Of a stretch of 64,000 bases of DNA, positions 18,224 to 28,700 are shown one piece after another. The translations under genes and the position numbers were made by a program. Position 1 is the first letter of the stretch; every line of letters begins with the position of its first letter. Under the pieces are notes generated by a model that worked only from the letters and a program-made list of their open reading frames with translations, did no database searches and was not told the origin of the DNA. The stretch is taken from the sequence record OP292654.1. One strand, 5' to 3'.

Positions 18224-18832
18224 ATGAATAACAAAACTGAACTTCCAAGACTATTTGTTAAAGGACATGTACTAATTACCGATATTACTGATCCTGAAAA
18301 TGTTTCGATTGTCGTTGATAAATCGAACGCAATTCACCCTGAAAATATGAGTCAGGCGATTGCTTATGCTCTAGCTAACAGTCAAGATTCATTGGGTGTA
18401 AGTCTAGGAGCTATCTCTGAAATGAGATTTGGTAACGGTGGTACTGTTGTTCTTAGTACTGGTCGTGTTACCTACAAAACTCCACGTATTAGTTCTTTCG
18501 GTGGTCTATATTCCGAAACTTATGTGAAGAAAATTAATGCTAACGTAAATGCTGGCGTAGAAACCGAATACAATAATATTACTACAGTTCACATCCCAGG
18601 TCAGGTATATACTGATATTGTATGTTTGTGTACTTTAGGTTTAGGTGAACCATCTGACCAAAATGTTAGTTCAACAACTGATATGGAAGGTAATTACGTA
18701 TTTGATGAACTAGGACTTTATACGGACGGTGATAATGGTATGGCTCTTTCACACATCATTTTCCATCCAGTGGAAAAAAGTGCGAACCGTATTCTTCAGA
18801 TTAAGTATACAGTACGAGTACAGTTACAGTAA
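18224..18832 (+). CDS. Putative baseplate/tail structural protein
   Basis: FDELGLY and HIIFHPVEKSANRILQIKYTVRV motifs resemble fibre-attachment/baseplate domains of myoviruses. Confidence 0.6.
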   Translation: MNNKTELPRLFVKGHVLITDITDPENVSIVVDKSNAIHPENMSQAIAYALANSQDSLGVSLGAISEMRFGNGGTVVLSTGRVTYKTPRISSFGGLYSETYVKKINANVNAGVETEYNNITTVHIPGQVYTDIVCLCTLGLGEPSDQNVSSTTDMEGNYVFDELGLYTDGDNGMALSHIIFHPVEKSANRILQIKYTVRVQLQ

Positions 18833-18844
18833 TAGGAGATACAC

Positions 18845-19951
18845 ATGAACTATATTATTAAGCGTAGTAACGGTAAAATCTACGCTTCAGTACCAAATAA
18901 CACAATTCTTGGTCCGAATCAACCAAACCAAAACCCTGTTCCAATTAACCTAGTTGGTCGTGATAAAGTTAGCTATGGTCAAGCATTGAATGAAAACTTC
19001 TTATGGCTTGCTGAAAACTTTTCTGGACAAATTAGACCTAAAGGTTCTGTGCCAGGTCAACTTTGGTACAGAAATACTTCTGGTACGGGTGAGCTTTTAA
19101 TATCGCTAGTTGATAGTGCTCGTCAACCAGATAATACCAATCCTAGTACTGAACTAGATTGGGCTAGTATTCCAATGATTACATTGTTTAATACTGTTCC
19201 AGATGGTGATACTTCCATTATGGGTCGCATGGTTCTTACCAATAATGGCGACCGTTTAATGTGTCTAATGAAGAATAAAGAATGGCGTGAGATTCAAACA
19301 ACACGACCAATGAATAAAGAATATTCTTCCCTACTAGATATTAATTATGATACGGGTTTCAAATATATTGCGTTCTCACAAAGTAATGCAACTAAACCTA
19401 TTGCTTATTTTAACTTAGGTGGTGCTAGTATTACAGATTCTGATGGATGGGTTACTTTCCAAAATGGTGATAGCGTTCTTCAATTTGGATCTAACTATTT
19501 CTATGAACTTAAAATTATGGGTCGTCAAGTTAACACTGATGCTACTACTGGTGCGATTGTACCATTCCCAAGCATTTATAGTACTTGGCTAGTTAAAGGT
19601 TCATTCTATGTTGATAATGAAGGCACAATTGTTCCTGGGGCAGTGGCTGCGAACCAAATTCCAGATCCACGTAAGATTTATTCATTGACTCAAATTGTTG
19701 ATACAATTGATAGCCAAGATCAAACATGGTCAGTTAACGTTGTAATTAACGGTGAAGATGTAACTCTACCTAGTCGTTTAGGAACAACTCAAACTGATTA
19801 CAATACTTACGTTACCGCTTCGTTGAATAGTGCTAAGCATTTAGGATTCCGTATTGATGCTACTCTATCAGATTTGAATGCTGGACAAACAACATTAACA
19901 CAATGGTCAGTACTACTGAACTTAACGGGTATCCCACCAGTTGGGGTATAA
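18845..19951 (+). CDS. Putative structural protein (tail/baseplate-associated)
   Basis: N-terminal LVGRDKVSYGQALNENFLWLAENF...PGQLWY motif seen in jumbo-phage structural proteins (recalled, not searched). Confidence 0.6.
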   Translation: MNYIIKRSNGKIYASVPNNTILGPNQPNQNPVPINLVGRDKVSYGQALNENFLWLAENFSGQIRPKGSVPGQLWYRNTSGTGELLISLVDSARQPDNTNPSTELDWASIPMITLFNTVPDGDTSIMGRMVLTNNGDRLMCLMKNKEWREIQTTRPMNKEYSSLLDINYDTGFKYIAFSQSNATKPIAYFNLGGASITDSDGWVTFQNGDSVLQFGSNYFYELKIMGRQVNTDATTGAIVPFPSIYSTWLVKGSFYVDNEGTIVPGAVAANQIPDPRKIYSLTQIVDTIDSQDQTWSVNVVINGEDVTLPSRLGTTQTDYNTYVTASLNSAKHLGFRIDATLSDLNAGQTTLTQWSVLLNLTGIPPVGV

Positions 19952-19952
19952 A

Positions 19953-19976
19953 AAAAGGAGGCATGAGCCTCCTTTT
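19953..19976. terminator. Bidirectional terminator
   Basis: aaaaggaggc-atga-gcctcctttt between convergent genes. Confidence 0.8.
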
Positions 19977-20442
19977 ATATTTGATATGGTAAACTGTTTT
20001 TAAACGGTTTGCCATTTTTTATTGATTCCCATAAAGCATTCATATCTTCAACAATATTAATATTGTATAAAGTACTTTTAGCTCCTGGATGAAGTGGTTT
20101 AGGCCAGCTTCCTATTTTAACCCAAGAATACCCAGCACTTTCATCATTTAGTTCAGGAATAAATTCTTCCTGTACAACTACAATAAATGAATAGTACTTG
20201 AATTTCTCATTCTTTGTACAAAATACATCAAATGGAATTATATCTTCAATTGGAGGTACAGATTCCCCCAATTCTTCAGCAATCTCTCTGTACAAAGCTT
20301 CAATTGCTGATTCTCCACGTTCAATCTTACCACCAACGAAGCCCCAATTATTTGAGTACGTAACGGTTTCGGAACGTAAGTTAAGCATCATACGCCCTGT
20401 ACGTTTTGATAAAAATATAGCTCCCACTGCTTCGTTAGTCAT
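19975..20442 (-). CDS. NUDIX hydrolase
   Basis: Nudix box GGKIERGESAIEALYREIAEELG, C-terminal LHPG. Confidence 0.92.
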   Translation of the reverse strand: MTNEAVGAIFLSKRTGRMMLNLRSETVTYSNNWGFVGGKIERGESAIEALYREIAEELGESVPPIEDIIPFDVFCTKNEKFKYYSFIVVVQEEFIPELNDESAGYSWVKIGSWPKPLHPGAKSTLYNINIVEDMNALWESIKNGKPFKNSLPYQI

Positions 20443-20451
20443 AATTAATCC

Positions 20452-21798
20452 TTATGCGTCTCTGAACGCAATTCTCCAATAACCTTGTCGATATTTGTTT
20501 TGCACCGATTGATGCCAACCTACAACTTCGTTATATCTGTAATAATATGTATCATCTGTATTGTAAATGTATCCTTCCACATCAACAGGATTAGTGATAA
20601 TCGCATGTTTTCTATCATTGCCAATACAAAAAACTTCATTTGGTTTAATAGTAGTTGAACCATATACAATATCATGCTCTGCTATATTGATATAGTACTG
20701 AGCAGGTAATGCTTTGTTTAACTGATTGCTTTCTGATATGAAGGATGTTATACTGATTCCTGAACCACCATACAATGATGAATCTACCTGAACGATTAAC
20801 TTATTCGGTGCGTCCTCTGTTGGCATTTGAATAACGTCTCCACGGATCGGATTTGCTTCTTCAATACCTTGTTGAAATTTCAAATATAATGATTTTTCTT
20901 CAAAACTAGGATCAAGATATTCAAGGTATCTATTCCATGAATATATTTTACCATTACTAGATAATGGATTCAAACTTGAACTTACGAGAGTTACTTCATA
21001 TGTTTCAAGAGAATTTGCTACGTTTGTTCGATTAACCAGAATACACATATTTTTAGGGGTATACACATCAGTAATACTATCGTTGTAATTACCTAAATCT
21101 ATTTCTAATTCATCTTTAGCAGTGTTGATATTCGTAACAATCTGCTGAATAAGTTTTGCTTGTTTTACGTTAGCAGGTAGACTTAACCAAATTGGACATT
21201 CAAATGTTAAAACCATAACATCCAAATCTGATTCAGTACCTTGTGGAAATCCTCTAGTACTAAATTGACAATCAGTAAGTTCAATATCAACTGTACCTGT
21301 CCAATCGTAAGGATTCTCTGTTAATTGTAAAACTACAGATGGGTTGAATAATGTTGCTATTTGTTCCCATAGTTCTAACTTGTTTGTTAAGTTAGTAGTC
21401 CAGATATTCACATTGAAAACTAATTTCCACGGTGTAGGGTTATATCTGGAAATTTGATATTGCTTATCAAGTTCACTTATATACTTATTTTCTTCAGGGC
21501 TAACATTGGTTCCCATGACAGACGTATATTGTGCTGGAGCACGAAGGTTCGGACGATCAAGCTTTAATGACTGTACGTTGATTGTAATACCTGGGGCAGA
21601 TGGTAGAACGTTTTCAGAACCACCACCAATTACATAAGCTGCCATTCTTGAAATGTCAGCATAGCGACATGGAACCACTTTATATTTTTGGTTCCCGTTC
21701 GCGTCTAGGCCATTTTTTACTTGAAATTCCCCAAACACTCTGATAAGATGCTTCAACAGGCGGCGAAACTGCCCGTCATAGTAATAATTTAATTTCAT
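20452..21798 (-). CDS. Tail completion / sheath stabiliser, T4 gp15-like
   Basis: YYYDGQFRR...FGEFQV...VPCRY N-terminus, TPWKLVFNVNIWT...EQI...FNP. Follows the neck gene. Confidence 0.7.
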   Translation of the reverse strand: MKLNYYYDGQFRRLLKHLIRVFGEFQVKNGLDANGNQKYKVVPCRYADISRMAAYVIGGGSENVLPSAPGITINVQSLKLDRPNLRAPAQYTSVMGTNVSPEENKYISELDKQYQISRYNPTPWKLVFNVNIWTTNLTNKLELWEQIATLFNPSVVLQLTENPYDWTGTVDIELTDCQFSTRGFPQGTESDLDVMVLTFECPIWLSLPANVKQAKLIQQIVTNINTAKDELEIDLGNYNDSITDVYTPKNMCILVNRTNVANSLETYEVTLVSSSLNPLSSNGKIYSWNRYLEYLDPSFEEKSLYLKFQQGIEEANPIRGDVIQMPTEDAPNKLIVQVDSSLYGGSGISITSFISESNQLNKALPAQYYINIAEHDIVYGSTTIKPNEVFCIGNDRKHAIITNPVDVEGYIYNTDDTYYYRYNEVVGWHQSVQNKYRQGYWRIAFRDA

Positions 21799-23288
21799 TA
21801 GTTATTGTCCTTGCGTCTGTTAACTATGTTTGGCTTAACCACGTCTTGAATAGAAACTCTATCAGGACTATTGATGAAGCGGGTTTGTTCGATATTAGCA
21901 CCAGTCCAAGGTAAACGTCCACCGTAATTGAATTGTGACCATGTTGCTTTTTCAGCACTATACTGCCACAATGTTACAGGAACATAATCAGTACGATAGA
22001 AGTATTCACCATCTTCTGGATTTGATGGGAATGATTGACCTTCACCAACATCTCCACGTGCTGGAGGAATGGCTGAACGAATATCGTCATGTATGGTTCT
22101 ATTACCAGCAATATCTTTTGTGGTGAACGGCACATTTGAATGTGATTCTGGTGGAATGACCCAAGTTACGCCATCGTCCTGAACCTGGTAAAGTTGAGGT
22201 TTTTTGTAAAAACAGTAGAAATCCTCAGCGTCTTGTGGTACAGTGTCTTCATCGGTGAACGGCAGCACACAGCTAAGCCATTTTTTATCAGTACTATAGT
22301 ACTGGTACAATGAATAACCAGCTACACTAGCTGAATCTTCTTTAAAGAAGAAAGCAAAATCCTTCGCTCTAGAAGGTAATTTAGTACCATATTTGGTATC
22401 CACTTGAACCCAATTATCAGCATCTTTCTCATAAAGTACTGGAAGTGTGTTCTTTATGAAAAACATGTTTTTCGATGGATTCGCTGGAAAATCGTAACCG
22501 CTTATGATATACTTAGCCAACTCGTCAATATCTGACAAGTCATCATAAATGTGTTCATTTGTATAGTGAATGTATGGTACTTCGGAATCTGCTTGCTGAA
22601 TAATTCTATTCATAATATCAAGCTCAAAACTTCCAGTACTGATTCCTCCAGAACCATTCCCATTATTTGGGTCGTTCGGATTATCAGGGAATCCTTCATT
22701 GATAGCATCAGTAATATCTGAAAACTCAGGAGAATCAGTTAATGGTTTAACACGAATCATAAAGATGTGATGTTGCCATGTTGCTGAATAACCTGTTGAT
22801 GATCTGAATGCGTCTTGAACAACATAAAATTTATTAATACCAACATCACGGTCGAGTACATCAAAATCTCGAAGGTTGGGTAATTCGATAACGTCGCCAG
22901 GTAATATTTTTCTTCCAACACGTTGCATCATTGTGTTATAATGCATGCTAATATCCATTGTGTCGAAGTTAAAATACATGATGCCGTTGATTTTTAAATC
23001 AGGTGTGGCTTCCTGAACTTGATAAACTACTGGTAGTGTGATAGCCTGAACGCTATAGGAACGGTTAACAGTTTCACCGAGAACGTAATCACCTAAGTCA
23101 GTAAATGTACCAGTACCATCACTAAAATCGGGTAAAGTTTCGTCAGTACTACCTTCATTGCCTTTCGGCCCCTGATACGTGTATAACCACATATCAGTAC
23201 CGCCCATACGATATTGCTCAGCAATAGAACGGTCAAAGAAGTTATAGTCATTACTGTTACGGCCTTTTTTCCACATTTGATATGCCAT
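21798..23288 (-). CDS. Neck protein, T4 gp14-like with C-terminal extension
   Basis: FFDRSIAEQYRMGGTDMWLY and PGDVIELP motifs. ATG 23288 after GGAG, late promoter at 23320-23326. Confidence 0.65.
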   Translation of the reverse strand: MAYQMWKKGRNSNDYNFFDRSIAEQYRMGGTDMWLYTYQGPKGNEGSTDETLPDFSDGTGTFTDLGDYVLGETVNRSYSVQAITLPVVYQVQEATPDLKINGIMYFNFDTMDISMHYNTMMQRVGRKILPGDVIELPNLRDFDVLDRDVGINKFYVVQDAFRSSTGYSATWQHHIFMIRVKPLTDSPEFSDITDAINEGFPDNPNDPNNGNGSGGISTGSFELDIMNRIIQQADSEVPYIHYTNEHIYDDLSDIDELAKYIISGYDFPANPSKNMFFIKNTLPVLYEKDADNWVQVDTKYGTKLPSRAKDFAFFFKEDSASVAGYSLYQYYSTDKKWLSCVLPFTDEDTVPQDAEDFYCFYKKPQLYQVQDDGVTWVIPPESHSNVPFTTKDIAGNRTIHDDIRSAIPPARGDVGEGQSFPSNPEDGEYFYRTDYVPVTLWQYSAEKATWSQFNYGGRLPWTGANIEQTRFINSPDRVSIQDVVKPNIVNRRKDNN

Positions 23289-23330
23289 ATTCTTAATCTC
23301 CAAAAAGAAATTTATATCGTATTTATTTTT

Positions 23331-23358
23331 GGAACGACGAAATTTTTTGTGCTATAAT
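23331..23358 (+). promoter_or_regulatory. Phage non-late promoter GGAACG-N16-TATAAT
   Basis: ggaacg 23331-23336, gtgctataat ending 23358. Confidence 0.8.
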
Positions 23359-23392
23359 GCACAAGTGAGCAAAATAAACCAAGGAGAAGCAC

Positions 23393-25687
23393 ATGAGCTA
23401 TAGCTTTGAAGATTTTTATCAAGAAGGTGAATCATTAGCACGTTCTATGGGTCATTCAATCATGACTGTAGACCATCTTACTGCTATTGCCCTTGATGTA
23501 CCGAGCATCGTCGCGTTCCTGGATGACATTAACGTAGACGCAGCAAAACTGAAAGCACGTATTATGGATTTCTTAACGAACTATCCTTCACCAGTACTGC
23601 CATATTCAGTTGAAGAACAACTCGGTGCTGAAATGACTCCTGTATCATCAATGATGACTAAAATCATGGTTGAACTACAGAAGAAAGCAGTCATCGAACA
23701 ATTGAAAGAAAATGATTACACCATTCAGGCGTATTTCATTCTGTTTGAATGTCTGTCCTTCCCACACACAGCACTGGATACCGCTTTAGCAGAAATCGAT
23801 CTGAGTCGTACTGCTGTAGCACGTGAACTCCAGAACTATATCAACAGCCGTAACTACGATGTTGATCTGCGTGATGCTACTCGTGACGAAGAACCAGAAA
23901 AAGAAGATAAACCTTCGGTTTCAGGTGCTCGTCCATCCCGTAAAGGTGATGGTCAGAAACGCAGCATTGAAAGTTTCACAACTAACCTCACTGAACTGGC
24001 TGGTGATGGTAAACTTGACCCGCTGATTGGTCGTACTAACGAACTGGCAGACCTGATTCAGATCCTGTCACGTAAAACCAAATGTAACGGTGCTCTGGTC
24101 GGTGAACCTGGTGTTGGTAAAACACAAATCATTGATGGCCTGGCTCAGATGATTGCCGATGGTAATGTACCTGAAGATCTGAAAGGTGTTGAAATCCTTT
24201 CACTGAACATGGGTGCTTTCACTGCTGGTACTAAGTACCGTGGCGAGTTCGAAGAACGTGTTGAAAATCTGTTGTCTGAACTGAAAGGTCGCGACGATGT
24301 GATTCTGTTCATCGACGAAATCCATACTATTATGGGTGCTGGGGCAACTGGTGGTGGTTCACTTGACATGAGTAACATGCTGAAACCAGCATTGTCTCGT
24401 GGTGAGATTCGCGTTATCGGTGCTACTACTTACGATGAATATCGTAAACACATTGAAAAAGACGCAGCGTTACAACGTCGTTTCATGAAAGTTGATATTC
24501 TGGAACCTACTCTGGATGAAACCCGCCAGATCGTAGAAGGTGTCAAAGGCACTTATGAGAAGTTCCACAATGTTACATTCACTGCTGAAGCGATGGAAGC
24601 AGTACTGGAACTGAGTACCAAGTTCCTTCAGAACAAGCGTTTCCCTGATAAGGCTATTGACCTTATGGATGCGGCGGGTGCTCGTAATCGTACTAAACCT
24701 ACTCCAGCTAAGACTATTGTCCGTGCTGATATTGAAGGTGAAGTATCACGTATCGCGAATATTCCTCTGGAAATCGTGGCATGTGAAGAATCAGATCGTA
24801 TGCTGAACTTAGGTGATAACCTTCGTAAGAAAGTATTCGGTCAGGATCAGGCAGTTGAAAAACTTGTCGAGAACGTAATGGTTGCTCGTGCTGGTCTGCG
24901 TGGTAAGAGTACTATTCAGGGTGCTTTCATGTTTGTCGGACCATCTGGTACTGGTAAAACTGAACTGACTAAAGCTCTGGCAGACTCTATGGGTCAAGAA
25001 CTGATTCGCTTCGATATGTCAGAATTCGCACAAGAATTCAACGTATCAAAACTTATTGGTTCACCTCCAGGATATGTAGGTCATGACGCAGGTAACGGTA
25101 TGCTGCTTGATAAAGTTGAAGCAAATCCGAACTGTATCTTACTGCTGGACGAGATCGAAAAGGCTAACAAGAAAGTACTTCTGACTTTCCTCCAGGTAAT
25201 GGACGAAGGACGCCTGACGGGTTCACATGGTAAGACTGTACACTTCGACAACGTTACTATCATTATGACCACTAACTTAGGTGCTCGTGATGCTTCAGTA
25301 CTGTCGATGGGTATGGATAGTTCAGGTGATGATGGTATGGATGCGGCTATCAAGCAGCACTTACCACCTGAATTCCTGAACCGCATTGACGGTATCGTTA
25401 AATTCAACGAACTTGGTCATGATGTTATTCTGAGTGTAGTTGATAAATTCATCGGTGAACTGAACGGTGAAACAGCTTCACGTAACGTTAACATTGTTCT
25501 GACGGATGCTGCTAAAGCAGAACTGGCAGAAAAAGGCGTAACTCCAGGAATGGGTGCTCGTCCAATGAAACGTATCATCAACGATAAGATTCGTGTTCCA
25601 CTGGCTAAAGAGATGCTTATCGGCTCTCTGAAGAAAGGCGGTACTGCGACATTCGATTTTGTTGATGGCGAAATCAAGTTAGTCTAA
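23393..25687 (+). CDS. clpA: ClpA-like Hsp100 AAA+ chaperone/unfoldase
   Basis: Two AAA modules (GEPGVGKT/LFIDE and GPSGTGKT/LLDEIEKA), GYVG pore loop, no ClpB middle domain, SMGM at the ClpA IGL-loop position. Confidence 0.93.
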   Translation: MSYSFEDFYQEGESLARSMGHSIMTVDHLTAIALDVPSIVAFLDDINVDAAKLKARIMDFLTNYPSPVLPYSVEEQLGAEMTPVSSMMTKIMVELQKKAVIEQLKENDYTIQAYFILFECLSFPHTALDTALAEIDLSRTAVARELQNYINSRNYDVDLRDATRDEEPEKEDKPSVSGARPSRKGDGQKRSIESFTTNLTELAGDGKLDPLIGRTNELADLIQILSRKTKCNGALVGEPGVGKTQIIDGLAQMIADGNVPEDLKGVEILSLNMGAFTAGTKYRGEFEERVENLLSELKGRDDVILFIDEIHTIMGAGATGGGSLDMSNMLKPALSRGEIRVIGATTYDEYRKHIEKDAALQRRFMKVDILEPTLDETRQIVEGVKGTYEKFHNVTFTAEAMEAVLELSTKFLQNKRFPDKAIDLMDAAGARNRTKPTPAKTIVRADIEGEVSRIANIPLEIVACEESDRMLNLGDNLRKKVFGQDQAVEKLVENVMVARAGLRGKSTIQGAFMFVGPSGTGKTELTKALADSMGQELIRFDMSEFAQEFNVSKLIGSPPGYVGHDAGNGMLLDKVEANPNCILLLDEIEKANKKVLLTFLQVMDEGRLTGSHGKTVHFDNVTIIMTTNLGARDASVLSMGMDSSGDDGMDAAIKQHLPPEFLNRIDGIVKFNELGHDVILSVVDKFIGELNGETASRNVNIVLTDAAKAELAEKGVTPGMGARPMKRIINDKIRVPLAKEMLIGSLKKGGTATFDFVDGEIKLV

Positions 25688-25691
25688 AAAC

Positions 25692-25719
25692 AAAAAGGGA
25701 GCCAATGGCTCCCTTTTTT
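25692..25719. terminator. Bidirectional terminator
   Basis: aaaaagggagcc-aat-ggctccctttttt. Confidence 0.85.
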
Positions 25720-25720
25720 A

Positions 25721-28700
25721 TTATTGTAGTAATTGTCCAATTACTGTTCCACTCACTACATAACCATTGCTAAATGTACTCAAAGGTATTTGAGGATAAT
25801 GGTTAGCGTACACTTCCATTCCTTCCTCTTTTCCAAGAATAACACCTAACTTGGTGTATGTTGTTCCTGATACATAATTGTTTTCAACAGTACCGTACAA
25901 TGCTCTCAACATATTATTGTTGTTTCGTAGTGACACAATTTCGTTATTAACTGCGATCAAATCCGCTTCGCCGGAGTTTGTGCTTGTTAGAATACCGTTA
26001 GTGATAGAAGTACTTTCAACATGTATTGGGGTAGCTACGTATTCAATATTTTGTACTGAATCCGAAATCGCAACTACCAATGCTGCGTTTTTATCACTGA
26101 TATAAACGTTATCAACTAATGTTCCGCTATAAGTCCAAGTGTTTCCACTCTTAACTGGATTAATGTCTGAATATTCGTAAACGAATATTTGTAGACTATC
26201 ATCCATTCGAGTTCGCACTAGTTCGCTTAGAACACCTTTACCGTAGATTGGTAGATAGTATCCGTGATCAACTTCAACTCCATCTACTTCAACAATTTCA
26301 TTAGAAACATACCAATCATCGTAATCATCAGTACTGTAATTATCGGTATACTTACCACTCTTAAGCATTCTGTCATAGAACAAGTCATAATCAAGAATGT
26401 TAATTTGATAAGAACGATCAGTACTGTATTTCGCAACACCACCACTTACAAACGATGAATCGTTGAAAGAAGTGATGCGAACGATAGTGATAGAAGTTGG
26501 TCTACCTGGATTCATTAGAGTTGTTGATTCACTATCATATGTACTGGAAGTTGTAAATCCACCTAAGCGAATTGTATCATTGCTTACAGAACTGATTGTG
26601 TAAATCTTTGGTCTAGTGCCAGTTTTGATATTCGCTACTGGAAGTACTGTGTTCCAAGTACCATCAGCCATTTGAACATCAAAATCAGAAGCTTCAGGTG
26701 TAAACACCATTACCTTCTCACCAACAACAAAGTCATTATCTTGTACAAGTCTAACAGTACCAGTGGTATTGATAATATCTTGTACTTTGTAAGAGTAACG
26801 AATTTCGTTTCTAGAAATTAAGTTTCTCTGCATATAATTCATTGCTTCATTATAGCGTGGAATACTTACGATAGCTTCCTTTGTATTGTAAGGGTTCAAT
26901 AGAACATGTCCTTCAATTTGGAAGTTACCAATGGATTTAAGTTGTGTATTACCAGAGGTATCATAACCATATCCATTGACAGTGAATCTCAATTGTGCTG
27001 AATCAAGTCCTAGTGGATTGATTTCAGAAATATTCACAAACGTTGGATCTTGAGTAGCGTTAACTGTTCCAGAAGCAAAGTAAGAAATATTTTTAGTTTG
27101 AGACTCTAAGCCGAAGCTGTCAAATGCGTTAGCATCATTAACGTACTGAGCACCATTTACAGTCTGTAAAACATCCTGAATTTCATCATACAATGGATTA
27201 TTAATATCAAGTGGTAAATCATTTAGATTTAGTTCTGCTAGTGCTATTACATCGTTATTAGCGATTAGAGCATCCTGCATAAATCCATCAAGACTAGTGT
27301 CCATTGGTACTGAAAGATATTCATCAGTGTTGAGATTCTTAACATAAGCAAGCTTACGTGGAATCATAACCATACAATACATATCAATAGTTGGTGTTGT
27401 TAAAATTTGACGAGCAATTTCAAAGGTATCAACAGTGTCTGGATTATATGTATTCAACATTGCTGTTAGAACATATAGAGTATCCAAATAGTTTTTACCA
27501 TTCAATTCACCACTAGTTGGATCAATATTTTCCATATCATACATCCAAGGATACAAACCATACTCATACACTAGGTAATTGTTGACTTCATCAGTACTGA
27601 ATGTAGGATTAGCTTCTAGAACAAGAGATACAAACTTATCATACAAGTCACGACTGTATAGAATATATCCGTATGTTTCCGAATTGGAACCAGAGTATCC
27701 AAATGGTAAACGAGTGTTCAAGTTGTCAGACAATACACGACCCTTAAATGGACAGTTCATTTCTTGAGAAATAGTACTATCATTAAGTTGAGTATACAAT
27801 CTGCGACGGTTAGCTAAAGTATTATATTGACCATATTGTGTTGCTGTTTTTACTGTTGGCTCAGCACTAATTACTGAATTATACACATTTTGTAGATCAC
27901 TCTCGAATTGTGCTGATGCGGTTACATCATCTTTTAATTCAGCTAGTTTAGCTTTAATAGCTTCTTCTAATGTTAGTGTTAAATCCATATCTGTATAAAT
28001 CGAACTGATACCAGAGAACACGTCACGTTCAATTGCTTCATTATCAATTACAGGATATGTAAATGTGTAACGTTGTAGTTTATAATGATTTCCAGTACTT
28101 AGAAGATCGTCTGCGTTACTCATAAATGAGTTATTAACAGCTTCTAAAGTAAGTGCGTCATCCAAATCAGCATCTGGTGTACATTGGAAGTTATCATATA
28201 CCATCAACTCATAGGATTCTTGGAATCTACGATTTGGTGTGGTAAAGTCGCTTGGTAGCGAACCTACAATTTCCCATTTACCAGTAGTACTGTTATACTG
28301 AGCGTATTCATGATCCCAAATATCAGATTGTGTCTTAACCCAAGCACCATTTACGAAAACATATCCATTAGGATCTAGGTCATTACTGATTCCTATCATT
28401 TCGTCAGTGTTTGAAGTTTTCTGCTCAATTTGAGAACGAATCTTAGTTCTGTATGGTTTAACTTCTTCAAAGTACTCAACAATTTGATTAATCAAGTTCT
28501 CAGTACTATTATTTTGTTGTAGAGATTGCTCTAGACCAACAATATAAATGTAAGAAGTTTTGAATACCCATGATACTACAGTTTGTTCAGTATGAACATA
28601 CTTAACCATATCAAATACTAAACGACTCTGAGTAGTGTTGAACGAGTTCTTAAGTAAAGCTAGTGCTTTACGAACGTTAATTTCAACATTAGTCTGAGAA

